A DNA stretch of 64,000 nucleotides from Thermoplasmatales archaeon (GCA_020350825.1 CP070724.1:1077584-1141583); one strand, 5' to 3'. Positions 1 to 9,326 are shown, counted from the stretch's first letter. The notes: generated from the letters alone by a model not told the origin. A program made the numbers and translations.

Positions 1-99
1 ACCACTTCCCTGAAAAGATATTTTATAACAATTAGATTTTGGAGATTTATAAGGCTCAACATCATAGACCAGATTTCTATTAAAAAATAGTTATTGAAC

Positions 100-171
100 T
101 GTTTTTCAATTGTTTTTGACTTGTTTTTAAGTTATGGTTTTATATGTTGGATTAATAAAAAATATTAAAAA
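100..171. repeat. left arm of a 72-bp perfect inverted repeat (partner 2934..3005); contains a TATA-like box upstream of the 192..1121 gene
   Basis: Checked base by base: 100..171 equals the reverse complement of 2934..3005. It contains GGTTTTATATG about 46-56 nt upstream of ATG 192. Confidence 0.9.
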
Positions 172-191
172 ATACATTGGAGGTAAAAAAT

Positions 192-1121
192 ATGAAAAAT
201 AATTTAGTTATAAAGGCTGTTATTTGTGGAATAATAATAATATTTGGTGGAGCAAGTTTTATACCATCAGTCATATCAGGAGAAACAAGGATAACACCGT
301 TTGTATCCTCAATGAATGCTACTTTAATAGTTGATGATGAGGGTGATGGAGACTTTACAACAATTCAAGATGCGATTACAAATGCTTCTTCAGGTGATTC
401 AATCGATGTTTACAGTGGAATCTACATGGAAAATTTGGAGATTGAGAAAGAAATTGTCTTAACAGGTATAGACTCAGAATATATGAATGGCGGTGATAAT
501 GGAAAACCAGTAATTGATGGAGATTATAAAGATGATGTTATTACAATATTTACTGACGGGGAAAACGCCCCTATATCTATCTCTGGATTTGTTATACAAA
601 ATAGCGGATATAGAGACTCCGGGATATTTGTCGATTTTTCAGTAGATATCGAAATTTCAGAAAATGTCATAACTAACAATCACCATGGAATATATGTCTA
701 TCATTCGTGCATTACTATTGAAGAAAATATAATTTCAAACAATGATTGGGGAATATTAGCAGAATTTTCAAATCATTGTATTATCACAGAAAATGAGATG
801 ATTCAAAATAATATTGGATTACAATTAGAGTCCTCTCATGAGCTAACAATAAACAGAAACGTGTTTGAAAACAACAGTGAATTCGGAATCATTTTGATAC
901 GTTCCCCAGTAAATGATATATCTTATAATAATTTCATTGATAACAATCGGAATGCTTGGTTTAAGAACTGTATAAATCAATGGAATGACAATTATTGGGG
1001 TAATCGGATACTCAATTTACCAATCTATATAATAATTGGGACATTTCAATTCTCAATAATACCATCGTTATTCATACCCATGTTTCAATTCGACTTTAGG
1101 GCAAAATCCACACCGAATTAG
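192..1121 (+). CDS. secreted right-handed parallel beta-helix repeat protein (NosD/pectin-lyase-fold like)
   Basis: ORF 177..1121 with GGAGG at 179-183 followed by ATG 192. Hydrophobic N-terminal signal or anchor. Motif DGDFTTIQDAITNASSGDSIDVYSGIY and repeated ~22-aa units (ISENVITNNHHGIYV, IEENIISNNDWGI, ITENEMIQNNIGL, INRNVFENNSEFGI). Confidence 0.7.
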   Translation: MKNNLVIKAVICGIIIIFGGASFIPSVISGETRITPFVSSMNATLIVDDEGDGDFTTIQDAITNASSGDSIDVYSGIYMENLEIEKEIVLTGIDSEYMNGGDNGKPVIDGDYKDDVITIFTDGENAPISISGFVIQNSGYRDSGIFVDFSVDIEISENVITNNHHGIYVYHSCITIEENIISNNDWGILAEFSNHCIITENEMIQNNIGLQLESSHELTINRNVFENNSEFGIILIRSPVNDISYNNFIDNNRNAWFKNCINQWNDNYWGNRILNLPIYIIIGTFQFSIIPSLFIPMFQFDFRAKSTPN

Positions 1122-1187
1122 TTTTTTATTTTTTAAAAGATATGAATTTATAAAGTGAAAAAATAAAAAGATATGTGAGGTAAAAAA

Positions 1188-1718
1188 ATGGTAAAGAAAA
1201 AAGAAAAAAAAGTTAGTGTGAAGACAAAAAAAAGCAAGAAAATCCCTACAAAGAAACCATCAAAACCTATTGTATGGAGACCCTTAGACCTTTTAACAAA
1301 TATGGATCGTTTTTTTATGGATGATCCTTGGGTGACTAGCTTGTGGGGGAGTTGGCCATATATCCCCTGGTCAGAGCGATGGAATGAACCTGACATGAAA
1401 ATATCCCCCCTGGACTTGGTGGATACCGGCAATAAATATAAAATTATAACAGAAGTACCAGGTGTTTCAAAAAAAGATCTCGACGTAAACATAATCCCTA
1501 GTGGAATTCGGATTTGTGGTGAAACCAAAAACGAGGAAGGAGTTGAAGGTGAAGGTTATGTTCGACGTGAACGTAGATATTCTACTATTTGTAGAAATAT
1601 AGCATTTCCGGAAGAGGTGAATCCTGATAAGGCGAATGCGACCTTAGAAGATGGAATACTTGAAGTAACAGTCTCAAAAAAGTCACCAACAAAAAGTCGA
1701 CAAGTATATATAAAATAA
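1188..1718 (+). CDS. hsp20: small heat shock protein, Hsp20/alpha-crystallin family, with a Lys-rich N-terminal extension
   Basis: Alpha-crystallin domain: DLVDTGNKYKIITEVPGVSKKDLDVNI...RRERRYSTICRNIAFPEEVNPDKANATLEDGILEVTVSKK. RBS GAGGT before the ATG. Confidence 0.9.
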   Translation: MVKKKEKKVSVKTKKSKKIPTKKPSKPIVWRPLDLLTNMDRFFMDDPWVTSLWGSWPYIPWSERWNEPDMKISPLDLVDTGNKYKIITEVPGVSKKDLDVNIIPSGIRICGETKNEEGVEGEGYVRRERRYSTICRNIAFPEEVNPDKANATLEDGILEVTVSKKSPTKSRQVYIK

Positions 1719-1733
1719 AGGAGGTGAAATTGT

Positions 1734-2003
1734 TTGTTTTTTATAACTCTGACCAAATGGAAACAAAAACCCTCAAAGAAAATGCAAGCGACTATTGACC
1801 AAGCCACCAAAACGTTTGAAGATCTAAAGAAGCAAGGCATCAAGATGCGTATATACTGGACTATAGGACGTTATGACGCAGTAACAATTATGGAAGCTCC
1901 AACTGAAAAGGACGCTATGAAAATACTTCTTCCTTTTCAAGAAATAGTTGATACGGAAACGATGATAGCTGTTCCACGGGAAGAAGCAATAAAACTGATT
2001 TAA
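1734..2003 (+). CDS. GYD domain protein
   Basis: GRYDAVTIMEAPTEKDAMKILLPFQ matches the GYD-family core. AAGGAGGTG lies 8 nt upstream of a TTG start. Size is about 90 aa. Confidence 0.7.
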   Translation: MFFITLTKWKQKPSKKMQATIDQATKTFEDLKKQGIKMRIYWTIGRYDAVTIMEAPTEKDAMKILLPFQEIVDTETMIAVPREEAIKLI

Positions 2004-2423
2004 ATATCAATTTCTTATCGTTTTGATCGTACTCTGTTCAAGGTGTAAGTATGCCAAAGGATAAGGCATTTAATTTCAACTTTCCAATACTGATTTGATT
2101 TTTTGAACGGTGGCCAAATTCATTACCGATAATACGATACATGCTAGGATTATAAAATAAAACCTTCTTTTCTTTTTTTTAAGAATTTTTAAATGAAATC
2201 AGCTTAAGGGGAATATTAGAAACGAGATTTGAACATGAATTTAACTATATAGCGAATGCCCATATCGGGTATGCTAGCTTAAGGTAACCTGCCCCGTATA
2301 AAATACCAAAGATACTTTCGGTTTTACCTTAAAATACCTACTGAATTGATTTAACTGATTACATTTCCGTACAAAACAATGTTTGGTACTCATTCAGACA
2401 AACTAAATGATTTGTCTTCATTC

Positions 2424-2487
2424 CAAAAAACTAAAAAAATAAAGTAAAAAGAGAGATTATGTTGTCTCCCTGTAGAGAGAGCTACAG
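2424..2487 (-). terminator. hairpin plus T-tract downstream of the SnoaL-like gene
   Basis: On the minus strand, directly after the stop: CTGTAG-CTCTCT-CTACAG (2470..2487), followed by T-rich runs (CTCTCTTTTTACTTTATTTTTTT). Confidence 0.45.
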
Positions 2488-2919
2488 TTACTCTCCCTCT
2501 GGCGTTTGAACCACACCAAGTTCTTGCATTAGTCTAAACATATCTACTTCGCCCCAGCGTTCCACAATCTTGCCGTCAACGATACGGAAAATATCTATTC
2601 CAGTTATCGTGGCCTGTTTCCCTGTCGGAGGAATGCCCATAAACTCACCTTTATGTGTGGCCCGTACTGTTAATCGGCTCACTACCTTATCATCTTTCGC
2701 GATCAGATCTTCAATAGTAAATTGCATATCAGGGAAAGCGGTTCGGAACATTGGGACTATCTGTTTGAAGCCCTCAATACCTGGCGGTAGGTTAGGATCG
2801 ACTAGATTATGATCGACAAAGTTCTCAGCAGCTAACTCATCTGCTACATCTAGGTTACCTTTGCCCCAGACCTCTTCATAAAAACGCCGCATATTAGCCT
2901 TATTTTCTTCTTCTGACAC
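2488..2919 (-). CDS. SnoaL-like ester cyclase family protein
   Basis: N-terminus NKANMRRFYEEVWGKGNLDVADELAAENFVDH and C-terminus GKIVERWGEVD are typical of the SnoaL/ester-cyclase fold. Length 143 aa. Confidence 0.75.
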   Translation of the reverse strand: MSEEENKANMRRFYEEVWGKGNLDVADELAAENFVDHNLVDPNLPPGIEGFKQIVPMFRTAFPDMQFTIEDLIAKDDKVVSRLTVRATHKGEFMGIPPTGKQATITGIDIFRIVDGKIVERWGEVDMFRLMQELGVVQTPEGE

Positions 2920-2933
2920 GGTTTATCATCTCC

Positions 2934-3005
2934 TTTTTAATATTTTTTATTAATCCAACATATAAAACCATAACTTAAAAACAAGTCAAAAACAATTGAA
3001 AAACA
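2934..3005. repeat. right arm of the 72-bp perfect inverted repeat; TATA-like box upstream of the minus-strand gene starting at 2919
   Basis: Reverse complement is identical to 100..171. The CATATAAAAC core lies about 40-50 nt from ATG 2919. Confidence 0.9.
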
Positions 3006-3122
3006 ATTTAAAAAAGGGATGAAGATGTAAAACAGACAGAGGTACTTGTTGGTGAGGAGAGGGAGGAAAGGATGGGATCATAAAAAGTATCCCCTCTGTT
3101 TAACATCTTCATTGTTGCTAAA

Positions 3123-3419
3123 TTATTTGATCTTGACTTTTACTGCTTCCTCAAATGGCTCTTTGTATGGTACAGTCACGTTGAGTAAGCCATCTGCATA
3201 TTTTGCATCAGCTTTATCAGGAATTACCGGGCAACATACTGCATAAGACCCGATATATTCAAAATCTTTCGTTGGTGCTTGTATATAAAAACTGTCCTCA
3301 TTGATTTTAAATGTAATATTATCTTTTTTTACACCTGGCAATTGTATTTCGATTTTTAAATTTTCATTTTTCTCATCAGAATATGCACATACGTCTGGTG
3401 ACATTCTCCATTTTGTCAT
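3123..3419 (-). CDS. short Hsp20/alpha-crystallin-like protein
   Basis: ENLKIEIQLPGVKKDNITFKINEDSFYI...AKYADGLLNVTVPYKE, an alpha-crystallin-like beta-sandwich signature. Length 98 aa. Confidence 0.65.
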   Translation of the reverse strand: MTKWRMSPDVCAYSDEKNENLKIEIQLPGVKKDNITFKINEDSFYIQAPTKDFEYIGSYAVCCPVIPDKADAKYADGLLNVTVPYKEPFEEAVKVKIK

Positions 3420-3455
3420 ATATTATTCCTCCATATAAACTCTAAATTCATTAGC

Positions 3456-3481
3456 CATATAAAACAATAACTTAAAAACAA
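3456..3481 (-). promoter_or_regulatory. third, degenerate copy of the promoter core shared with 100..171 and 2934..3005
   Basis: CATATAAAACAATAACTTAAAAACAA versus CATATAAAACCATAACTTAAAAACAA at 2959..2984 (1 mismatch in 26). It lies about 37-60 nt upstream of ATG 3419. Confidence 0.55.
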
Positions 3482-4142
3482 ATTAAAATTAGTTTAATAA
3501 CAATTAAGAACAAGACAATATTGTTTATTTCTATCCTTAAAAACCAATCCTTGTTTTTTTTGGAAAAGATAAAGAATTGCATTTTATTAGTCTATTTTAT
3601 TTTGAAAAATATAATTGTTATATTAACAGCAGCTTTTACCTATAAGTCATTTCCGACTCAAAAGTTAGTATTTTGACCTAAAAGTCTAAAACAACCAGAA
3701 AAACTCATTACAATAATATTACTACCAATTTGGTTTTAATCAGAAAAAAATACTAATGCTTTGTTTAATAAAATGGAATGGAATGAGGCGCAGATTACAC
3801 CAAATTTTATTATTAAGGAAGAAGGAAGGCAATTCAAAATAATACCTTCAAGTAATCTTACGCCTCATTATCATATAATCTGAATAGTATATAAATATTA
3901 TCCTTAAATAGAACATTTGTAATGTAAGTAACTAAAAATTTAATTATTAATTATAAAGAAATGTTACAAAAGTATTAAATATGGGCTTTACACAAAAATT
4001 ACGTAAAAATACCTATTTTAACCAATAACAGGTAGAAACAACCACTCTAACGCATTTTTTTTGTATTTATTCCTTACAGGTTAATTGTATAAATGAAATT
4101 AGCCAACTAACCTCTCTTCTTTTATTTTTATTTTTAAATTAC

Positions 4143-4835
4143 CTATTTATCCACAATAAATTTTGTCAAATACTTAGGGCGAAAACCAAATTTATTTAAA
4201 AAATATGTAATAGTAAATATTATGGTTATTTTTGTTTTTCCAACTTTCAAATAACGTCTTGAAGATGTGTAAATAATACTATCTATTTGTTTTAACTTAC
4301 CATACTTTTTAGCTTTCCTGCAAAATTCAACATCCTCAAGAAATATTAATTCATCATATCCTCCAATTTTTTTAAAAACATCTCTACTTATGAAAATTCC
4401 TGTATCGCCAAAAAAAATCTGACTCATCTTACTTCGGAGATTTCCAAAGTTACTTACAAGTTTCAAAAATCTATCATTAAATGTGAAAGCTTGAATCATT
4501 CCCCCTCCAATTATTTTATTATTTTTCATTTCTTTTTCTATAATTAAAATTGCATCATTTTGAATTGTACAGTCTACATGAAGAAATAGAATTATTTTGC
4601 CTTTTGCAACAGATGCACCTTTATTCATCTGTTTTCCTCGTCCTTTAAAGGATTTCAATAGGGTTAAATTTTTTATGAATTTTTTCTTATATTTATTAAT
4701 CTCTTTAACTGTGTTATCTGTACTTCCTCCATCCACAAATATTAATTCAAAATCACCTGACAATGTGTTAAGATGTTCAAGAAATGGTCTTATGTTAGGA
4801 CTTTCATTTAGAACTGGAGTAATAATTGATATCAT
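4143..4835 (-). CDS. family 2 glycosyltransferase (rSAM/selenodomain-associated transferase-2-like, TIGR04283-like)
   Basis: ISIITPVLNES...ELIFVDGGSTDNT, GRGKQMNKGA, ILFLHVDC, FGDTGIFISR, FLEDVEF, TSSRRY. Confidence 0.8.
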   Translation of the reverse strand: MISIITPVLNESPNIRPFLEHLNTLSGDFELIFVDGGSTDNTVKEINKYKKKFIKNLTLLKSFKGRGKQMNKGASVAKGKIILFLHVDCTIQNDAILIIEKEMKNNKIIGGGMIQAFTFNDRFLKLVSNFGNLRSKMSQIFFGDTGIFISRDVFKKIGGYDELIFLEDVEFCRKAKKYGKLKQIDSIIYTSSRRYLKVGKTKITIIFTITYFLNKFGFRPKYLTKFIVDK

Positions 4836-4902
4836 GATTCTTCGACTTTTTTAATTTGAGTAACAATCATTTATTTAAAGCGTTTAACTTTCTAAGTTAA
4901 TA

Positions 4903-5559
4903 ATGAAAGAAAATATCGAAAAATTCTTGTCCTCTGGTAACGGTTTTCTATTATTGGGTATATTATGGCTTTTATTCTGGATTGGACCTGCTTTTTTTCT
5001 TTTTGAAGAGGATCCTAGATGGGGTCACAACTATGCAATTCCAATTTTATTTATAACTGTCGGATTAGCCTATAACTTAAACAAAAACTCTGTTCAACTT
5101 ACTGCGTTAATTGCATCGTATATTACTATACCTACATTTCTTGGTTTTTGGCGTTGGGATACAGCAACAATTATTTCAATTGCATTTATGATAGTTATAT
5201 TAATTTTATACTTTGTTGAAAGAATTAGAAAAACCGAGCTTATAAATCCTAATCAACGCCTTAATTTTTGGCTTAAAAAACATTTGATGACTTTTGCTTA
5301 TATCGGAATTGTTCATATGTCTCTTATATTCTTCTTTGTAAGATGGTATAATCCAGATCCTTTCTTGGAATATTTACCAATTGAACACCACGTTTCAACA
5401 AGTATATTTAATGGTATGTTGTTCGTTTTAACAATTTTTGCAATTATGGAGAGAAATGTAAAAAAAATTGGTAGATTCAGTGTAGCCAAGATGGGATTTA
5501 TTTGGTCAGTTCTTATGATAATATTACCCATTGTTGCAATAAACATTCTTGGTGAGTAA
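4903..5559 (+). CDS. polytopic membrane protein, unknown function
   Basis: 218 aa with about 6 hydrophobic segments. It is embedded between the two GT2 genes. Confidence 0.55.
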   Translation: MKENIEKFLSSGNGFLLLGILWLLFWIGPAFFLFEEDPRWGHNYAIPILFITVGLAYNLNKNSVQLTALIASYITIPTFLGFWRWDTATIISIAFMIVILILYFVERIRKTELINPNQRLNFWLKKHLMTFAYIGIVHMSLIFFFVRWYNPDPFLEYLPIEHHVSTSIFNGMLFVLTIFAIMERNVKKIGRFSVAKMGFIWSVLMIILPIVAINILGE

Positions 5560-5560
5560 A

Positions 5561-6262
5561 TTATTTTCCCTTTGAATAATAGAAGTTATAGATATCTTGA
5601 AGATTTCCTCCAATTCTATACCAGATAAATGATATTATAATTCTAATTGCCTGTCTGAAAATACCGTTTTTTTTGAAAGCTTGTGCACTTGTTATTACAT
5701 TTTGATTTAAAATTACAACTTTACCCTGATTTCTCATTAAAAAGGATAATTCCATATCTTCCATAATTGGCATATCAAGAGTTGATAAATTATTCTTTAT
5801 TAAATAAGATCTTACAAAGAGTGCTCTATCACCAGATAGTATTTTAACCCGTTCTGTATTAAAAGTTAATATCTTTACTACTAAATCCAGATATACAGAT
5901 TCAATATTAAATTTTAATCTAAATCCTCCGCCAATTACTGTTTCATCCTTAAGAGAATTTCTAATACTTATATCCCAGCCTTTTGAAAGTATAGTATCAG
6001 AATGCAAAAAAAGAATTATGTCCCCTGATGAATTTAGAACTCCTCCCTTCAGCATGAATCCTCTCCCTTTTTTTTCAATTTTGATAACTTTTTCAAAAGA
6101 CTTTGTGTCTTCAATAATTCCTGATAAATTTTTATCTATAACATAAATTACTTCTATAGGGGTAGTTGCGTAAAAAATACTTTTTCGAACTTCAGGTATT
6201 TCTTCATTTTGAACATGAATTGGTACTATTACTGATATAACAGATCCTTTTTCTTTATTCAA
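5561..6262 (-). CDS. family 2 glycosyltransferase, second TIGR04283-like copy
   Basis: ISVIVPIH, GRGFMLKGG, ILFLHSDT, IGGGFRLKF, SGDRALFVR, IMEDMELS, ITSAQAF. Collinear with the 4143..4835 product. Confidence 0.7.
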   Translation of the reverse strand: MNKEKGSVISVIVPIHVQNEEIPEVRKSIFYATTPIEVIYVIDKNLSGIIEDTKSFEKVIKIEKKGRGFMLKGGVLNSSGDIILFLHSDTILSKGWDISIRNSLKDETVIGGGFRLKFNIESVYLDLVVKILTFNTERVKILSGDRALFVRSYLIKNNLSTLDMPIMEDMELSFLMRNQGKVVILNQNVITSAQAFKKNGIFRQAIRIIISFIWYRIGGNLQDIYNFYYSKGK

Positions 6263-6271
6263 TTTTTCTCA

Positions 6272-6961
6272 CTATAACTTTTTAATATTTTTGTAATATT
6301 TTGATATATAATTCATTGTTTTTGAGTTTTTGAAATCAGTGTTTTGATTTTTCTTATATAGATTAAACAAATCATCAATAGTATCTACATCATTCCATAA
6401 TGGTAAAATAAATACCTTTTGATTTGCCTTTGATAAAGCTTTTATTGATCTTTCAAAAACTTTTTCCGAACTCCAAGGGATTTTATCAAATACTCCTGGA
6501 AAAAAGCTCTGTTTGGAAAATCCTAGTAGATAATATCCTCCATCTTCACAAGGTCCAATAATTGTATCAAATTTATCAAGATTTTCAAACGCATCATCTA
6601 TGATGCTTATGTATAGATCAGGGCTGTCACTTCCAAGAGCAATCAATTTAGTAAAATCTTGTTGAAAACCTTTTTCAAAACCTTTTTTTAATCTCTCTCC
6701 TAAGTTAATTCCTTTTTGAGGCATATAAGAATAATCAGATCCCAACCAATTTTTAAATTTGTTAATTGCTTCATCTGGATAATAGCAAATTATTATATCA
6801 TATGATGTTTCCTTTAATCTATCTAAAGTATCTTCGACAAAAAAGCTGTATATCTTCGCAACTTTCTTTATACTAATTGATGTTGCCATTCTGCTTTTTA
6901 CTTTACCTATTTCTGGACATTTAACAAATAATAAAATTCCGTTATTTTCTTTTTTACTCAT
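6272..6961 (-). CDS. DUF2064 / TIGR04282-like (CofC/MobA-like nucleotidyltransferase fold) protein
   Basis: ILLFVKCPEIGKVKSRMA, ALGSDSPDL, GPCEDGGYYLLG. Start moved to Met-24 of the track ORF (ATG 6961), 5 nt after the upstream stop. Confidence 0.7.
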   Translation of the reverse strand: MSKKENNGILLFVKCPEIGKVKSRMATSISIKKVAKIYSFFVEDTLDRLKETSYDIIICYYPDEAINKFKNWLGSDYSYMPQKGINLGERLKKGFEKGFQQDFTKLIALGSDSPDLYISIIDDAFENLDKFDTIIGPCEDGGYYLLGFSKQSFFPGVFDKIPWSSEKVFERSIKALSKANQKVFILPLWNDVDTIDDLFNLYKKNQNTDFKNSKTMNYISKYYKNIKKL

Positions 6962-6966
6962 AAGTA

Positions 6967-7776
6967 TCAGATTCTTTTTGCAATAATTCTTCCACGACCA
7001 ACCTTTCCAGAATCTGCTGCTTGAACCCATAGATTAAGACCATTGTCTGCAGCATCAAACATTTCAGGACCATAATTCTTAATGACATCATTTTTGAGAT
7101 TATTTCTTAGTATTGTCTGGTACTTATGACAATGCATTGCAAAATCTTGGCTGAGATCTTCAGATTCAATAATTCTAAAACCAGTATTTTTTAGTATTTC
7201 TTCATACCCCTCTAAAGTTTCCATGTAAGGAAATGCCATGAAACTGTTGAGATCGATCCACTCTTTCTCACTCATATTTCCAACTTGAAGCCAATCAGTA
7301 AATGCAATAATTCCATTTGGCTTTAACACTCTGCATGCTTCACTTATGAATTTGTTTTTATCTGTTATATAGCACCATGCATCCTGACCCCACACAACAT
7401 CAAAAGTTTCTGCTTTATAAGGTATATCTAGGGCGTTACCCAGTTTATATGTGATTAGGTTAGAATTGGGCTCATTTTTTGTTCTTTTAATTGCTTCATC
7501 TATCATTTTCTGAGTTGCATCAAGACCGACTATCTTGCAACCATAGTCTTTTGCTAGATGTCTGACGGGACCTCCTAATGCGCTACAAACATCAAGTATT
7601 GTTTTTTCCTTTGTTATATTTGCCTTGTTAGCAAGAATAGTTGTTTCTTTTTCACCTCCAACATGAATTTGTTCTCCCATCAACATTTCCCATAATATTC
7701 CTACAGGACCTGAATATATCTCGATTACGTCACCTATGTTAAAATCCAGCTTCTTCATTTTATATATGTTTTCCAT
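6967..7776 (-). CDS. class I SAM-dependent methyltransferase
   Basis: Motif I ILDVCSALGGPVRHLA, then IVGLDATQKMIDEA and LKPNGIIAFTDW. Confidence 0.8.
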   Translation of the reverse strand: MENIYKMKKLDFNIGDVIEIYSGPVGILWEMLMGEQIHVGGEKETTILANKANITKEKTILDVCSALGGPVRHLAKDYGCKIVGLDATQKMIDEAIKRTKNEPNSNLITYKLGNALDIPYKAETFDVVWGQDAWCYITDKNKFISEACRVLKPNGIIAFTDWLQVGNMSEKEWIDLNSFMAFPYMETLEGYEEILKNTGFRIIESEDLSQDFAMHCHKYQTILRNNLKNDVIKNYGPEMFDAADNGLNLWVQAADSGKVGRGRIIAKRI

Positions 7777-7786
7777 AATCTTTTCC

Positions 7787-8848
7787 TCAAATTCTAGAAT
7801 CCTTGTTAAATTGTTTATAGCATTTTGTATCTATTCCAAAGATATCTTTTAACTCAGAATATGCTATTGCTCTGCATCCCCAACAAATTGAATTGTTTTC
7901 ACAAGAACGGCAATTACCTGGCATTTTTTCATGGGCTCTTAGTTGGAGAAACAATAATTCATTCTTATTTTCTTCAATTATTTTTTCTAATGGAGACTCA
8001 TAAATATTTCCAAATCCCATTCTGATAACAGAACAGGGAGTGACATCGCCTTCATTTGTTACACATATCATCCCTCCACAATAGTATTTATTAACATCCA
8101 TAGTCCCCATTGAAAGTTTAGAATCAGGGTAATTTATAGTATCACGAACTTTACACGCTTTTTGAATTTCGGAAATATTTGGAATAAGATCTTGTTTGTC
8201 TTTTGCCAATCCTTCGGTACACATCTGAGTTAAGCAAGTTCTCATGCCTTTTTGTTCAAAAAAATATCTAATTGTTTTTTCTACATCATTTGTTAAGGGT
8301 TTTGTAAATGTAATACAATTAATCATGTGATTTGGATTTTTTCCTAGTTTTTGTACATTATCAACTCCCTTTAGAATTGCACTTATTTTACTTGTTGGAT
8401 TTCCAGGGTGTAATTTTTTGTATATTTTTTCATCGAGTGTATCTAAATGAACTGAGATGAAACCATCTTTTGTAACTTCAACTGCCTTTTTTGCAATATC
8501 TATTTCTTTTAGAGGTATTCCACTTGTCCAAATGTTGTTTTTTAGACCCTTTTTAATTGCAAGTTTCATTAGTTCATACCAGTCTTTCCTTAGTAAAGGG
8601 TCTCCTCCAAGCCAATCAATAGCTTTAACATTTATCTGTGCTGCTGAATTTAGAATATTTATTATATCCTCTGATGGTAATTCACGTAATGATTTATCCT
8701 CTGAGGATGCATAGCAGTAAATACATTCTTGATCACATGATTGATTTGATTCAATTTGAATTGAGTATATCTTACCTTTTTCAAAATACTTGATTTCTTC
8801 GGAAAAATCAGGATGATAACTTCCATATTTTATGAGATCGTCATCCAA
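7787..8848 (-). CDS. radical SAM / SPASM-domain protein
   Basis: CDQECIYC (CX3CX2C). C-terminal C-X10-G-X4-C then CRSCENNSICWGC (CX2CX5CX2C). TTG start 9 nt after GGAGGT. Confidence 0.85.
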   Translation of the reverse strand: MDDDLIKYGSYHPDFSEEIKYFEKGKIYSIQIESNQSCDQECIYCYASSEDKSLRELPSEDIINILNSAAQINVKAIDWLGGDPLLRKDWYELMKLAIKKGLKNNIWTSGIPLKEIDIAKKAVEVTKDGFISVHLDTLDEKIYKKLHPGNPTSKISAILKGVDNVQKLGKNPNHMINCITFTKPLTNDVEKTIRYFFEQKGMRTCLTQMCTEGLAKDKQDLIPNISEIQKACKVRDTINYPDSKLSMGTMDVNKYYCGGMICVTNEGDVTPCSVIRMGFGNIYESPLEKIIEENKNELLFLQLRAHEKMPGNCRSCENNSICWGCRAIAYSELKDIFGIDTKCYKQFNKDSRI

Positions 8849-8970
8849 AGAATTTTTTACCTCCTGGAGTAGTTGAATGAGGATGTAATTACACTTTTAA
8901 TATTAATAGATAGCTGACTTATAATAAAATTTATATTACATAGATATCAAACTAATGAAACTACAATATC

Positions 8971-8998
8971 TTGGAGCAATACTTAAGATATTTTAAGG
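8971..8998 (+). promoter_or_regulatory. GGAGCAATAC-type upstream motif (degenerate copy)
   Basis: TTGGAGCAATACTTAAGATATTTTAAGG resembles 11978..12010 and 13341..13374. Lies about 110 nt upstream of the 9108 ORF. Confidence 0.35.
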
Positions 8999-9107
8999 CT
9001 TATAACGGAATATCTATCACGTAGTCTAAATTAACTTTAATAAAAAAAACATGTTTTTAAAGAAATAGCTGTTATAAAATGATAGTTTTAGGAAGAGCGA
9101 TAAATCA

Positions 9108-9326
9108 ATGTTGCAGGAAATCACCTATTATCTTATATTTGGTATACCATTTATTGTGTATCTTGGTATTATCACTTTGAGTATGTTTTTTATGACCGCT
9201 ATGTTGGGTTTACTCAAACGGCGAGGAAAGACAAGGCTTTCTCTTCACTGGCATTTTCGTTTGGCATATATCTCAATCTTTCTTGGAATTGTCCATGGAA
9301 TTCTAGGTGTTTTGGCATATTTTTAA
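9108..9326 (+). CDS. small two-TM membrane protein with conserved-looking His residues
   Basis: 72 aa with two hydrophobic helices. HWH and VHG motifs near the helix ends. Same strand as the next gene and just upstream of it. Confidence 0.4.
   Translation: MLQEITYYLIFGIPFIVYLGIITLSMFFMTAMLGLLKRRGKTRLSLHWHFRLAYISIFLGIVHGILGVLAYF

Noticed and set aside
1148-1843. ORFs 1148..1528 and 1556..1843 (minus strand).
   Set aside because: They are antisense to the well-supported Hsp20 and GYD genes. The translations are low-complexity (poly-F/L from the A-rich sense strand) with no motifs.
2570-3246. ORFs 2570..2812 (+) and 3046..3246 (+).
   Set aside because: They lie antisense within the SnoaL-like and Hsp20-like genes. 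There are no RBS or motifs.
3773-3883. 36-codon ORF MEWNEAQITPNFIIKEEGRQFKIIPSSNLTPHYHII in the 720-bp gap.
   Set aside because: There is no RBS and no recognisable motif, and it coincides with the stem-forming repeat. It is kept only as a note inside a low-interest finding.
4597-8714. Track ORFs 4597..4854, 5313..5546, 7825..8025 and 8457..8714.
   Set aside because: All are embedded antisense in the GT2, membrane-protein or radical SAM genes and lack features of their own.
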